In this document: positions 28,754-39,614 of the stretch, one piece after another
Position numbering within the stretch: the first letter of the stretch is position 1
Layout: every line of letters starts with the position of its first letter
DNA from: Octopus vulgaris
Lineage: Eukaryota
Length of the DNA: 64,000 bases
Direction: 5' to 3'
Assembly (NCBI GenBank): GCA_951406725.2
Contig: OX597828.1
Span: 31,620,001-31,684,000 of the forward strand
Notes under the pieces: generated by a model
Databases searched by the model: none
Told to the model about the DNA's origin: nothing
The model's input: the letters and a program-made list of their open reading frames with translations, nothing else
Translations under genes and position numbers: made by a program

Positions 28754-29108
28754 TTATTACCTCCACCTTAGCGAAGGCGGAGGTAAAATTTGCCTGTTAG
28801 ATTCGGAGATAGATATTTGCTGGATAGATTCGGATGACACCTCCAAGGATATTTGGCTTCCTGACTGGCACGAACTGATTATTGTTGGGGGGGGGATCGA
28901 TCCAGTACGGACAAAGATTTTGGATTATTTTTCCGTAATTTTTACTTAAGTTTTGAGAGCGGTCGGGTTCACTTTTAGTATTCTTGCTTATGAGATCAGT
29001 TTAGTTTATTTCAGGCATTCTCATTTTAACAATCATCTCTGGCTAATCGTTCAGAGTACGTTGGTATTGTCTTGGCGGAGGATCGCGCTCCCTAAGTGCT
29101 CTTGTTTT
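28754..29108 (+). mobile_element. Non-autonomous Helentron-like element (HINE/DINE-1-type architecture)
   Basis: The 5' end TTATTACCTCCACCTT is followed by the inverted partner AAGGCGGAGGTAA. A subterminal GGCGGAGG lies at 29074-29081, then a short hairpin GCGCT..AGTGC and a terminal CTTGTTTTT. Confidence 0.7.
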
Positions 29109-29210
29109 TAATTGCGATCTTAATATGTGATGGTATGTTTCACGAGTTTATATTCTACTGTTTATAATATGTGAGAGGGAATTGCTATAATTCAATATTT
29201 GCTACTACTA

Positions 29211-29412
29211 AAGAGGTGAGTTGGTAGAATCGTCAGCACAGTGGGAAATTTACTGAGACGCATTTAATAATTTCTTAATTCAAATTCCGCCAAGGTCGAC
29301 TTTGCCTTTCATCCTTCCGGGGTAGATAAACTATGTACGAACTGAATAACGAGATCGTTGCAAATCGATTTACTCCCTCCCTCGGAATCGCTGGCCTTGT
29401 TCCAAAATCTGA
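29211..29412 (+). mobile_element. Diverged tRNA-derived SINE (same core family)
   Basis: AGGTGAGTTGGTAGAATCGTCAGCAC..TTCAAATTCCGCCAAGGTCGACTTTGCCTTTCATCCTTCCGGGGTAGATAAA, with the tail CTGGCCTTGTTCCAAAAT. Confidence 0.8.
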
Positions 29413-29461
29413 TAATAATATTATTGTTGCTATTAATACTGCAGCAACAGAAACCGCAACA

Positions 29462-29487
29462 GCTACTACTACTACTACTACTACTAC

Positions 29488-29581
<94 letters not shown>
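29462..29581 (+). repeat. (CTA)n-(AAT)n microsatellite
   Basis: Directly visible. Confidence 0.97.
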
Positions 29582-29583
<2 letters not shown>

Positions 29584-29841
29584 CGAATTTAATAATAAAA
29601 ACGAATTTAATCCAACAACATCGTTGCAATGGAAGAAAGGTTCCACAAAATATCTTTTCCAAATTTTCTTTTAAGGCAAAGTAACTAAAAAGTCCGAACT
29701 ATTATTGCCATATATAGTATGGTTTTCTTTCTTTTATGCATAATATTTCCATGTGACATGCATAAGAAATAGAAGCGAACATCAGAGCTCTTGAAAGACA
29801 GTAAGTACATAAATTGATTAATTAATTAATTAATTAAATAA

Positions 29842-29937
29842 GTATACATGCAACTGTTTATGCATACACGTACACATTTTAATTATAAGGTGTACATGCA
29901 ACTGTTTGTGCATACATGTACACATTTTAATTATAAA
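29842..29937. repeat. 48-bp tandem duplication
   Basis: GT(A/G)TACATGCAACTGTTT(A/G)TGCATACA(C/T)GTACACATTTTAATTATAA occurs twice. Confidence 0.9.
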
Positions 29938-30323
29938 GCATAAATAATGCTTACACGCGCTCACACGTACACACAGAAAGAAAAACCACGTTACGCGGAC
30001 GAAAACAAAACAAAAACAAAGCGATTTTTCACGAACAAACGCAAAAAAGAGCAAATTGGTCACTGAATTTAGAAAGTCACTGAACAGTTATGCACGGAAA
30101 CATGACTACCAAAATAAATAGAGGCGAATTTCGATCTGTAAGTCTTATACGAGTTCGATATGAACATTATATTAATTCGGAGAATTCAGAAGCGGTGTCT
30201 TGTCAAAAAATTGACACTGTACAAACACTCCCTTCTTCTAACGACACCGTCACAGAGGCGGCGTCTTGTCAAAAAGTTGACTCTGAAAAAATGGACCCCT
30301 CTGATGTCGCCGTCAATCATTTA

Positions 30324-31211
30324 ATGAAAACAAGCCAAAAATCATGCCGGATCGGTCATCGCCCGGGACAACAAGGACCGCGTTACCCAGTAGGGAACCA
30401 GACTGGGGTCGAAAAGTTTGCTGCTGGAACAAACTCTCAAAAAGACGATCTACCAGGTGACCAGAACCAGAATACTTCTAACTCTGGACTTGTAGTGACA
30501 CCACCAAAAACACCACCTAAAGCAAAACGTATAAAATGGACCAGAGAGGACTATAGAGATGTGTTGAAAGCTTTTTATACAGCCCAACTAAACCCAAATA
30601 ATAACCTCAGTGTACAAACATACATCTCATGGAGAAATTCAGTAGGCAATGACGTACGTAGATATATAGACGCAAATAAATTAAGTAATGTACGCAGAGA
30701 TATAATTAAAAACAAAAGACTAACTGACGCTGAAATTGACAAAATTAGGACACTGATAGCTCATGGTAGACCAAAAGAAAACAGCAACAATGTAGACGAA
30801 ATAGGTAACAGTAGCACAGAAGCCAGTGTACAAGCGGCAAATCAACTTCCCAATGGGGAAGTTAAACAAAGAATAGCGAAGACGAGAGATTTGAAAACAG
30901 AGGAGAACGTAGACCTTCCTCAAGAAAACCAAAATAGATATGACATAGAATTTGAGGTGAATAATAGAGAAAAGATTATGGAAGCAAAAGTGGACATTAT
31001 GAGAGAACTCGGCAAGATTGAGCTCACTGACATGGTTAATAGAGAACCACTACCAAAGTTTTCAAATGGCACAAGAAATAACAACACAATCATGACATAT
31101 AACGTTGCCCTAGGACAGATCTTAAGAAATAAGGGGAATGATTTGACAACCTTAAATAATATCATTTATTCCACTGCTAAAGTAGTAACTACCAAACTAG
31201 GTATAAGATGA
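30324..31211 (+). CDS. N-terminal part of the R4/Dong polyprotein (Myb-like region), cut off by a frameshift
   Basis: It lies in the frame of ORF 30090-31211 and contains RIKWTREDYRDVLKAFY..DANKLSNVRRDIIKNKRLTDAEIDKIR and LNNIIYSTAKVVT, typical of R4-clade N-termini. The start codon is uncertain (30090, 30291 or 30324). Confidence 0.8.
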   Translation: MKTSQKSCRIGHRPGQQGPRYPVGNQTGVEKFAAGTNSQKDDLPGDQNQNTSNSGLVVTPPKTPPKAKRIKWTREDYRDVLKAFYTAQLNPNNNLSVQTYISWRNSVGNDVRRYIDANKLSNVRRDIIKNKRLTDAEIDKIRTLIAHGRPKENSNNVDEIGNSSTEASVQAANQLPNGEVKQRIAKTRDLKTEENVDLPQENQNRYDIEFEVNNREKIMEAKVDIMRELGKIELTDMVNREPLPKFSNGTRNNNTIMTYNVALGQILRNKGNDLTTLNNIIYSTAKVVTTKLGIR

Positions 31212-33994
31212 CAAAGAAAAAGGCCAGGCATGTCAATGAACCTCCTAAGTGGAAAGTAGCGATACAAAAAGAGATTGAATCTCTGCGGGCGGATGTTTCA
31301 GTTCTCGATGAGCTTGCTAGAGGAGTGAATATTAAGCCGAGAAAAGCTAGAAAAATCAAGCAAAAATATAAAATCAAAGATCTCATAAACCTCCCTGCAA
31401 CTAAGAAACTGTTGAAACAACGGATACAGTTGAAAGCTCAACGGCTTAGAAGGTATGACAAAAGAAACAAATTTTATCGACAAAATAAATTTTTTAAGAC
31501 AGATGCAAAGAAATTTTATAGGGAAATTGGCAAAAATAAAATACACATAGAAGATCCACCTAAGATTGAGGAAGTGGAGGAGTTCTGGAAGAAGGTATGG
31601 AGCAACGAAAAAGAGTTTAATGCTGAGGCTGACTGGATAGAACGTGAGAAAGAGAGACTGGATGAACTTGAAGAACAGAAATGGGAAGCAATAGGAATAG
31701 AGGAGCTAAGGTGTGTCCTTAGGAAGGCTCATAAATGGAAAACCCCAGGACTGGATCGGATCCCTAACTTCTGGCTGAATTGTTTGACAGAGGTACACGA
31801 ACATCTCGCTGCATCTCTGTCTGATGTCATTCAGAACCCAGAGCAAATACCTGCTTGGCTGACTGAAGGAACCACCTACCTATTACCTAAAACCGAAGAC
31901 ACAAAAAACCCAAAGAATTACCGGCCAATAACATGTCTCAACACCACCTACAAAATCCTCACATCCATAATAACGGAGAGAATGTACGCTTTCCTTGAAC
32001 AAAATTCTATCCTTCCACAAGCTCAAAAAGGTTGTAAAAGAAACTCTTATGGGTGCAAAGACCAATTGCTCATAAACAGAATGATTGTAGAGAATTGCCG
32101 GAGCAAAAACAAAAACCTGAGTATGGCATGGATAGACTACAGGAAAGCGTATGACAGTGTCCCACATAAATGGATACTCAAGGCCCTTGAGATATACAAG
32201 ATCTCTCCTGTCATCTCAAAATTCTTAGAGAATAGCATGACCATGTGGAACACACGTCTCTTTTTAAGCCATAGTAATGGGATGAGCCAGTCCAACAGCA
32301 TCAACATCAAACGAGGCATCTTTCAAGGTGACTCCCTCTCTCCATTACTTTTTTGCATGGCACTGATCCCACTCTCAAACGAATTGGATAGTACTAGATA
32401 TGGGTACAAAGTTTTTAGTAAATTAATAAACCATCTTTTCTATATGGACGACCTAAAGCTGTTTGCCAGGAATGACCAAGAGCTAGAAGGGCTGCTAACA
32501 ACTGTTAAAGTGTTTAGCAATGATATCGGAATGGATTTTGGCCTTGATAAGTGTGCTAAAGCAACTTTTGTAAGAGGCAAGCTCAGGCAAACAGCTTCTG
32601 TTAAATTAGATATTGACACTACCATCAAGGAACTTGACCCACAGGAAAGTTACAAATACCTAGGAATCAACGAAGGAGATGGTATACATTATGCTACTAT
32701 GAAGGAAAAAATTAGAAAGGAATACTATAGGAGAATAAGGCTTGTACTGAAGACTGAGCTCAACTCCAAAAATTGCATTGAGGCCATTAACACCCTGGCA
32801 CTTCCAGTAGTCCAGTACAGTTTTAATATCATTAACTGGAACCTTACGGAACTCCAACGCTTAGACAGGAAGACAAGAAAGTTACTGACATCCAGGAGCA
32901 TGCACCACCCTAAGGCAGATGTAGACCGCTTGTACCTACCTAGAAGCAGCGGGGGGAGAGGAATGATGCAATTAGAGCTGTGCTATAAGACCTCTACTGT
33001 AGGAATGAACAGGTACCTATCTAGTACAAAGGACTGGATGCTGCGACTTGTGCGCGAACACGAAAGCAACAAAAAGCTGCATTCTATTGTCAAGGAAGCT
33101 TATAAGTTCGAAAGGGAACTAGACATTAACCTTGAATCAGATGAAGAGCCGGAAACCACTGCTACCAAGCAAGCAAAGCGAATCAAGCAGACTGCAAAAA
33201 AGAACGGGCAGAATCAAATTGAGAGGCGGTGGAGCCAGAAGCCCCTGCATGGACAATATATTCTCCGAAGCCAAAATGCTGATGTAGACCAAGCAACAAC
33301 CCATCAGTGGCTGAAGAGCTCTGGATTGAAAGCAGAGACTGAAGGTTTCATAATGGCAGCACAAGATCAAAGCTTGTTTACCAGAAATTACCAGGCTAAC
33401 GTTCTCCGAAACGGTACTGACCCTAAATGCAGATTCTGCGACACATTTGACGAAACGATAGACCATCTCGTTTCGGGATGTCCTGTGCTGACACCAAACG
33501 AATACAAAAATCGCCACGATAGGGTAGGACAGTATATACATTGGAAGATATGTAAACACTACAAATCCGACACTCCTACTAACTGGTACGAACACCATCC
33601 TCAGCCAGTTGTTGAAGGTAAAGATGTCACCATCCTCTGGGATTTTCCAGTCAACACTGACAGAACGATCAAGGCTAATCGACCAGACATAATTGTTAAG
33701 GACAGGGAAGAAAATACCTGCAGACTAATAGAAGTAAGCGTCCCCACTGATAAAAATGTATCTGTCAAGGAATTTGACAAACTTAGTAAATATAAGGACC
33801 TGGAAATCGAAATACAGAGGATGTGGAATCTTAAAACAAAAACTGTTCCTGTTATTGTAGGTGCCCTAGGTATGATAAAAAAGGGATGTCAGAAACACCT
33901 AGACAATATCCCTGGAAAACCATGTCTCAAGGAAATCCAAAAGATTGTGCTAACAAGTACTGCCCACATCCTTAGAAAAACCTTATCAATGTAA
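31208..33994 (+). CDS. R4/Dong-type reverse transcriptase plus CCHC zinc knuckle and restriction-like endonuclease
   Basis: A 928-aa uninterrupted ORF with YRPITCL, DYRKAYDSV, GIFQGDSLSPLLF, YMDD and YKYLG (RT), CRFC..HLVSGC (CCHC), and RHD, RPDIIV, IEVSVP and KLSKY (RLE). Confidence 0.97.
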   Translation: MTKKKARHVNEPPKWKVAIQKEIESLRADVSVLDELARGVNIKPRKARKIKQKYKIKDLINLPATKKLLKQRIQLKAQRLRRYDKRNKFYRQNKFFKTDAKKFYREIGKNKIHIEDPPKIEEVEEFWKKVWSNEKEFNAEADWIEREKERLDELEEQKWEAIGIEELRCVLRKAHKWKTPGLDRIPNFWLNCLTEVHEHLAASLSDVIQNPEQIPAWLTEGTTYLLPKTEDTKNPKNYRPITCLNTTYKILTSIITERMYAFLEQNSILPQAQKGCKRNSYGCKDQLLINRMIVENCRSKNKNLSMAWIDYRKAYDSVPHKWILKALEIYKISPVISKFLENSMTMWNTRLFLSHSNGMSQSNSINIKRGIFQGDSLSPLLFCMALIPLSNELDSTRYGYKVFSKLINHLFYMDDLKLFARNDQELEGLLTTVKVFSNDIGMDFGLDKCAKATFVRGKLRQTASVKLDIDTTIKELDPQESYKYLGINEGDGIHYATMKEKIRKEYYRRIRLVLKTELNSKNCIEAINTLALPVVQYSFNIINWNLTELQRLDRKTRKLLTSRSMHHPKADVDRLYLPRSSGGRGMMQLELCYKTSTVGMNRYLSSTKDWMLRLVREHESNKKLHSIVKEAYKFERELDINLESDEEPETTATKQAKRIKQTAKKNGQNQIERRWSQKPLHGQYILRSQNADVDQATTHQWLKSSGLKAETEGFIMAAQDQSLFTRNYQANVLRNGTDPKCRFCDTFDETIDHLVSGCPVLTPNEYKNRHDRVGQYIHWKICKHYKSDTPTNWYEHHPQPVVEGKDVTILWDFPVNTDRTIKANRPDIIVKDREENTCRLIEVSVPTDKNVSVKEFDKLSKYKDLEIEIQRMWNLKTKTVPVIVGALGMIKKGCQKHLDNIPGKPCLKEIQKIVLTSTAHILRKTLSM

Positions 33995-34148
33995 ATGTTT
34001 GTGTTTGCATTACATGGAGATATATCTCTACTTCCCCTCCCCAAGCTTTCAGCTGTATTTCAACAACTCTTAACCTTCACTTGCCCTAGGGCGCTGGGTG
34101 TGCCCCGGCAGGTGATTGCATCAAACATGCAGATTAAAAGTAAATGAC

Positions 34149-34192
<44 letters not shown>

Positions 34193-34193
34193 C

Positions 34194-34235
<42 letters not shown>

Positions 34236-34237
<2 letters not shown>

Positions 34238-34358
34238 GCAGAACACTTTCCATACAATAACCATCAGAGCATCACAACAAATCACAGCACATACCCAAGG
34301 CACACAGAGCTGTGCTCGGTAGTGAAGTGAAAGCACGCTATAAAAATAAAACTACTGG

Positions 34359-34419
<61 letters not shown>

Positions 34420-34520
34420 TAATAATAATAATAACAATAATAATAATAATAACAATAATAATAACAACAATAATAATAATAATGATAACAATAATAATAA
34501 CAATAATAATAATAATCGTA
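34236..34520 (+). mobile_element. Extremely 5'-truncated second R4/Dong-like insertion nested in the (AAT)n tail, with its own (AAT)n tail
   Basis: CGC AGA ACA CTT TCC ATA CAA TAA (RRTLSIQ*, 34237-34260) parallels RKTLSM* of the upstream element. About 100 nt of different 3' UTR follows, then (AAT)n from 34359. Confidence 0.7.
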
Positions 34521-35507
34521 ATGATGATGATGATAACAATGCAGCTGCTGCGGTGGCGGCTGCTGGTGCTGCGGCTACGGCAGTAGCTTTTGCCTGCTTC
34601 GATCTTTGTTTGCTATATGCCTCGTTATGTATGGAGTATCTCATTAGATTCCCACTCAGAATATGTGTTTTTTAGTACACCCGCAGTCTTGACCACAAAA
34701 CGTCAGATACAGAGTTAAGAAAAACCTTGAAATCCTAATGTAAATGTTCCAAAATCTTAGGAATTGCACTATGTCATAACTGTATGATAATTTTAAGGTT
34801 TTGTATACTTATTTCTAAACCTATACTTCAAACAGTGGATGTTTAGAAAGTTGGATGCTAAGCCTGCAGCCTGGTTAAATTAAGTGAATAGCACCTTCCT
34901 ACACTGGGGACACCGTAGATTCGTCCAAGTTATTGCAGATTACATGAATACGTAACATGTGTAATCTGATTACTGATGGGAGGTAAAGCGATAAACAGCT
35001 GTCAGATATTGATTTATTGATGATTAGGAGAGAAACACGTGCATCAAAAAATCAACTGCCTGTAGATTCTTGTTAAAATGTACGAATTATAGGCCAGAAT
35101 ATCCATACAGTTAAAAATAATCCTTAACAAATATATTCGCTTTCGAAACAATAAAATCTTCATACACACATAAAAAAGAATACCGCGGTGTTCATATTGG
35201 AGCATTTATACATATGTATGCATACAATGACGTTAGACAACTCCAACAGAATTCTGAACGTACAGCCAGAAACCCGAGTTTAAGGGTTTTTTTTTTATTT
35301 TATGAAAAAATGAAATAGAAGATAACTAGATGTAAATGTAAGGTAGTATCGAAACCCCGGGATACGGAAGACATTAAGCTTTTTCTGAATCCTCAGTGCG
35401 AATTTCTCTCTTTCACAGTTCCACAGCATGCATGCACACGCAAACATGCATCCCAGCACATATATGTAGATACATGCATATACATCTATATATCTATATA
35501 TCTATCT

Positions 35508-35593
<86 letters not shown>

Positions 35594-36371
35594 TAAAACA
35601 CCGCTAAATATTCAATTACAATCGATTTCACGATCTGTAGTTGATAATCTTTTTGACAGACAGTATTATGAATAATTCTGTCTACTGTAAAGTAAACCAT
35701 ATTTAGATATTGTTTACGACTAAAATTATATAACACAATGCACATCAGACAGTCTACGGCAGACGTTGCTCATGTCGTCTACACAGAAGTTGCACACGAA
35801 AGCACAAATATTTTCCTGAGCTGTAAAAATTGCAAAACCACCGGAAATAAATTGTGGCGGTTATAGCTAGCAGTCGCAGTCCTGTTTATTACGGTGTGAA
35901 TGATGTATATTAGAGATAAACAGATGATACTAAATTAACAAACTCTAACGTAATATAAGACATTTCTAACTGACTAAGTCTGTTATATTAATTATTTATT
36001 ATGTTGTTTACATCGAGACACTTAAACTTACAAAAACAAAGATAAATGGATTCTCCCACAATGAATTTGTAATTAGATGCAGAATATACTTTACAAAATT
36101 ATGTTACGATGTTAATTAGGAGACAATTTTTAATTATGACGGAAACATAGAGTGTAGAATGTAACAAGAGAACTGCTAGTTATTAGAATCAGAGAGGAGT
36201 TGCTAGATATGAGAATGAGAATTTCATATTATTTGATAGTTCTGCTTTGTCATTTGTCACTCATAACAACCGCGCTTTTACTACTTACATGCACCCGTAC
36301 ATGCAAGCACTATGCAACATATTTGCGTGCGTGCGTGCGTGTGTATGTGAGTGTTTTGCATATTGCATGTA

Positions 36372-36413
<42 letters not shown>

Positions 36414-36923
36414 TTTAATAATAATAAAGATTATGGAGACTTGTATATCCAAAAAATTTCTTTCTAGCTTATTATAATGACCTACCTGTGTTTCCACCGC
36501 AGCGACTACTCACTGTTGTAAATGCAATAGTGCAATATTGTAGGTGGAACTTCATCATGTTTCCCTCATTTGGTCATCCCCGAAGTGAATCTACAGCGAC
36601 AATACTGCAAGAATACTTTTGCAACAGTATGCGATCACTGCATCGAAACATGTGCAGCTCATAATAATATGCTGTATATTTATAAAATAAATTTTGTGGA
36701 TGTACAAGTCACCATACTCTTTATTATTATCAATATTCAAAAAAATACTTCAAACAATTTTACCATTCAGCGAAGAGTACGCAGAATTAACAATCGAAAG
36801 AATTGGCGGAGCGACTAACAACTAATTGTAGTCGCAGGGAGTGGGTACTGATCATTGGAGTTAGCCCTTAACTGGAAGTTAACTAAGAGCTAATACGGTA
36901 CCCGCACGGATAATTTGTCCTTT

Positions 36924-36974
<51 letters not shown>

Positions 36975-37330
36975 CAACTCCATCTAAATTCGGTACCCGC
37001 TACTACAATAGTCTAAGGTTTCAGGTCTCACAGCTCCTCAATGCCCTCCCAATATTGTTTTTAAATCTGCTTAAGGTTGAAGTAGATGTTTTGAAATGAA
37101 ACTAGACTTCCTCCTCTTCATAATACCGGATGAACCAACATAAGGTATACATGATGACTGCGGAATCAAACTCCGTTATATAACAAATGGGCCAAGAGCT
37201 GGGACAAAGGCACATGCAGGAGTGGTGATGTGATACACTCCAGACTGAGGAAATCGACAAGACCACAGTGGTCCTCCAGCATGGCCGCAACCGCATGGCT
37301 GAAACAATTAAAATTGTAAAAGAGTATAAG
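36975..37330 (+). mobile_element. Decayed 3' end of a CR1/L2-group LINE
   Basis: Translated remnants PSKFGTRYYNSLRFQVSQLLNALP and KLDFLLFIIPDEP resemble CR1-group ORF2 C-termini. They are followed by the tail CCAGCATGGCCGCAACCGCATGGCTGAAACA. Confidence 0.6.
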
Positions 37331-37439
37331 AAATATGTGTGTCTGTGTGGGGGGTGCGTGTGTGTGTGTGTGCTGTGTGTATGTGTGTGTCTGTATGTAT
37401 ACGATTCGCTATATTGTACCACTGATATCTACAAGTTTC

Positions 37440-37600
37440 TTTTCATTCTCTGTGTTTATTTTCTCTTATTCCTGTCTGATGAAGAGCATAGGCACGAGAC
37501 GTAACTTATTTTTTTCGCTTTTCCGGAGCGTCGTACCATTACACTTGCTTGTTGTTCATACAACTGTTTTCGTCTTTTTTTTTATAAATTTCAACTTTGA
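37440..37600 (+). mobile_element. pLTR-like module with degenerate hammerhead core (copy 1 of 3)
   Basis: CTGATGA-A-GAGC-ATAG-GCAC-GAGAC-GTA at 37476-37503. The downstream ACACTTGCTTGTTGTTCATACAACTGT matches the copies near 57270 and 39720. Confidence 0.65.
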
Positions 37601-39614
37601 ATACATATGTGTGTAAATACACACATATGTATAAATAAATATATGCATATATAAATACATACATTAATTGTGTCACTAATTAAACTGCGCCACCATCTTG
37701 AATAATTTTAGCTGAGTGTATCGACATCAGTACTAATTCTTTGTGTATGTCTAGTTTGCATTCTATTGCTCACTGTAGACGAACCCCCTAAGTTGCTAGG
37801 AGGAAAATACACCAACGGCAGTTGTCAAGCTGAGACGGGGGAGAAACACAGAAACAAAGACACAGACACAAACGGGCATTTTGTCAATCACATACATACA
37901 GACACACACTAATACGCAAGAACACACACGCATACATATTCAGTAAATGCATTCTACAATGTTAAAAGAACACACATTCATAGTTACACACACATATGCA
38001 TATATATGCATTATTATGCCTACTAGTTCTGTGACAACACAAGTTCCTGAATTAATATAACGTACTAGTATTTTTTCTCATAAAGAAAAATGGAAATGCC
38101 AGGAAATATATTCTGTTACATATCCTCAGTTTGCCTGTAACTTGTCTGGCAGTGTGTTATTAATGTTAAATATAGAGAGTTCGTGGCAGAATTTCAGAAA
38201 TGAGTTAACGGTTGTAACCTCGATGTGCAATCACAGCAAAATAAACGCGCCTATATACAGAACCTATTCAACTCATTACAAGATAGTGTATTCGGAACTA
38301 CTTTCTGTTTTGCACGCTCATTTATGAATATATGTGATGCTTTATGCGTTTGCTTGCGTGTGTATTTATGCTGTATAAATATATCTTTGTGTATATAAAA
38401 TATAGTACACATGTATACATACATATAATCTTGTAGTTCATTTATTTATACTAATGCATTTAATGAGTCTTACTTTGAATTTCTGCTCGTCTGTATGTTA
38501 GATTGTGAAATGAAAGACGGAAAAAAATATACACAGCGAATTTATTGTTTGGTGCAAAAAGAATGCAACGCACAGAAAGCTGTTATATCAGCTTAGTATT
38601 TAGCTCAGGGTCATGAGCAAGCGTACATTTCCATATTTGCTCCCGGAGATTGGAGAAGAGACGCCCTGAAGCTGGCAGCTCCTAATTTCATATCGAAGCA
38701 GAAGAAAATAATCACTGAGCATTTGAAACTTGATTGACATTGCCATCTCATTCTATAGTAAAACTTTTCTTCAATATGGGACAAATGAACTGAATGAAAA
38801 TAGATGTTAAAATCGCATCGCCATTACAAAGTTATCCCTGTCTCTTTTACTAGCAAAACTATCGATGAATATCGTTTGTTTTACCATGCTGTATGTCACG
38901 AAAGAAGCACCTTAAATGTCACCTTATTCCGTTTTATGTAGATATTGGATGGAGCAGATAAAACAAAACAGTAGCGGCTACATATCGTCAATACTGATGC
39001 CCGAATCGCAAAATCTTCTAAAACCATTATTGCTTGATCGTTAAAAAAATCACGAGGCAATGCAACACAGTTCAATGAAAATTGTCAAATTCTTCTCGAG
39101 GACAAAACTCGAACATTTATCTCACAAATGAAGGAAATGTGCTATGAAACTTAATCAACCTGTTGCCTTTCCGAATGACAATTACTTTCATTTACCACTG
39201 AAACAAATTATTTCACCATGTGAAATTTCTCTTTTATGCGTCTGAATACATATTCATGCATAAATGCAAACATAACCGATAACACACTTATGTGGCTTGT
39301 CTTTCAGCCTGTTATGTTTAAGTGATGGATTTACTTGCAGATATAAGTAGGAATAGAGATAATAGTGATAGAAGGGAAGATGTAATAAACCAACAAAAGC
39401 GTTTCTTCCCAATGTTCGTATATGTAAACAAATATCTAATATATATTTTAAATGAAAACTTACGTTTTTGACGTGTTTAAAAGAGGGGATGTTTTAATTA
39501 CATATAGATTACTAGACATCATCCATGAAACACACACGCCTTCATAATCAAACTTTGAATGTGTAAAGTTAAATATTAGTAAATGTTGATATGTATACGC
39601 TGAAAGCTACACGC

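Larger units (their letters stand above)
30180..34235 (+). mobile_element. Near full-length R4/Dong-clade non-LTR retrotransposon (RLE-type LINE) with (AAT)n tail
   Basis: The ORFs show Myb-like, RT, CCHC and PD-(D/E)xK domains in R4-clade order. A structured 3' UTR (33995-34147) runs into (AAT)n. The 5' boundary is approximate. Confidence 0.95.

Noticed and set aside
30187-30315. Type III hammerhead reading of the tandem 5' repeat (GUC, hairpin, CUG..)
   Set aside because: CUGANGA and GAAA are absent in both units. It is kept only as an unexplained structure.
38602-38673. Possible structured RNA or SECIS (AGCT-CAGGG..CCCTG-A-AGCT enclosing GAGCAA/TTGCTC)
   Set aside because: The stems are short and bulged, the 3' GA of the SECIS quartet and the apical AA are missing, and it is single-copy.
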